Program-made: the position numbers and the translations under genes
Notes under the pieces: model-generated
The model's database searches: none
Seen by the model: only the letters and a program-made list of their open reading frames with translations
Told to the model about the DNA's origin: nothing
Shown: positions 63,398 to 64,000 of the stretch, piece by piece
Layout: each line of letters starts with the position of its first letter
Numbering within the stretch: the first letter of the stretch is position 1
Source of the DNA: Macrostomum lignano
Lineage: Eukaryota
Direction: 5' to 3'
Length of the DNA: 64,000 bases
Assembly (NCBI GenBank): GCA_002269645.1
Contig: NIVC01001830.1
Coordinates: forward strand, 62,001-126,000

Positions 63398-64000
63398 TCA
63401 CAGAGCAGACTGCAGCATCAAACCGCTCGGCAACAGAAGGTTGAAAGCAGCAAACAATATCGAACTGTGGAGTCTGTCACCCCTGGCCGAGGGCTTCTTG
63501 TTGAAGGACTTCGAAGACGAAGCGGTGGCGGCTAGCAGATGCCCTCGGGCATCCTGTTCGTTGTCGTGTTCATGCTCGTGACCTCCGTGACTGTCGTGTG
63601 AGTGCACCGAGGCCCGGCTCATGCTCGCGCAGCTGGACTCGAGCAGGTACTCCTGCTCGGGATCGAACCAGCGACCGCACCGGCAGCTGTATTGGGCGCC
63701 GAAGCTGCGCCAGCTCAGAGAGGCGCCATCGCTGTCGCGCCACTTCCAGCCATCGCGGCACCGGCTTAGCGCCGTCAATTCAAAGTACTTCGCCCGATGC
63801 GCGTGACCGAAGCGCCAGCCGTACAGCAGGTGCTGCTCGAAGCCCGGCGGTCCCCGGCAGATCCCGGTGATGGCCGCGCCGGTCACCTTGACTCGCGTGA
63901 AATTGTACAGCTCGCAGCCGCACTGCAGCGGATTGTCGTAGAGGTTCACGCTGCTGGAGTCCCAGCGGCAGGGGTCGGTCGACTCAATGGTTGGGTGGCT
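63398..64000 (-). CDS. C-terminal exon of a leucine-rich-repeat protein (LRRCT cap, probable GPI signal), partial
   Basis: Frame open from the window edge: VNLYDNPLQCGCEL (LRRCT), further Cys, a His-rich patch HSHDSHGGHEHEHD, and a hydrophobic tail SILFAAFNLLLPSGLMLQSAL-stop. Confidence 0.75.
   Translation of the reverse strand, partial: SHPTIESTDPCRWDSSSVNLYDNPLQCGCELYNFTRVKVTGAAITGICRGPPGFEQHLLYGWRFGHAHRAKYFELTALSRCRDGWKWRDSDGASLSWRSFGAQYSCRCGRWFDPEQEYLLESSCASMSRASVHSHDSHGGHEHEHDNEQDARGHLLAATASSSKSFNKKPSARGDRLHSSILFAAFNLLLPSGLMLQSAL

Overview
Eukaryotic (animal) genomic DNA, not prokaryotic: short GC-rich exons with GT-AG splice sites, separated by AT-rich spacers and introns filled with minisatellites. 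This architecture suggests a free-living flatworm such as Macrostomum (inference only). Recognisable genes: a LIV-1-type ZIP zinc transporter (minus, runs off the left edge), selenoprotein M with an in-frame UGA that the ORF track misses, a tetraspanin with a 1-nt frameshift, ARF6, a p24-alpha TMED4/9 cargo receptor, TTLL11, and the last exon of an LRR, probably GPI-anchored, protein at the right edge. Two spliced orphan gene models are also supported. Mobile DNA: several MITEs with exact target-site duplications, an internally deleted Harbinger, a Chapaev-like element with long TIRs, a CORE-type SINE, a solo LTR and a foldback element whose arms are inverted minisatellite arrays. The most unusual signal is a MITE family carrying a 64-bp 28S rRNA-like segment centred on the R2/Pokey/I-PpoI target site. 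It is present twice in the TMED introns, and one copy is split by a solo LTR exactly at the TTAA-equivalent position. Most long ORFs in the supplied track are translations of tandem repeats. All alignments and counts were done by eye; reference sequences (28S, human proteins) were recalled from memory, not searched.
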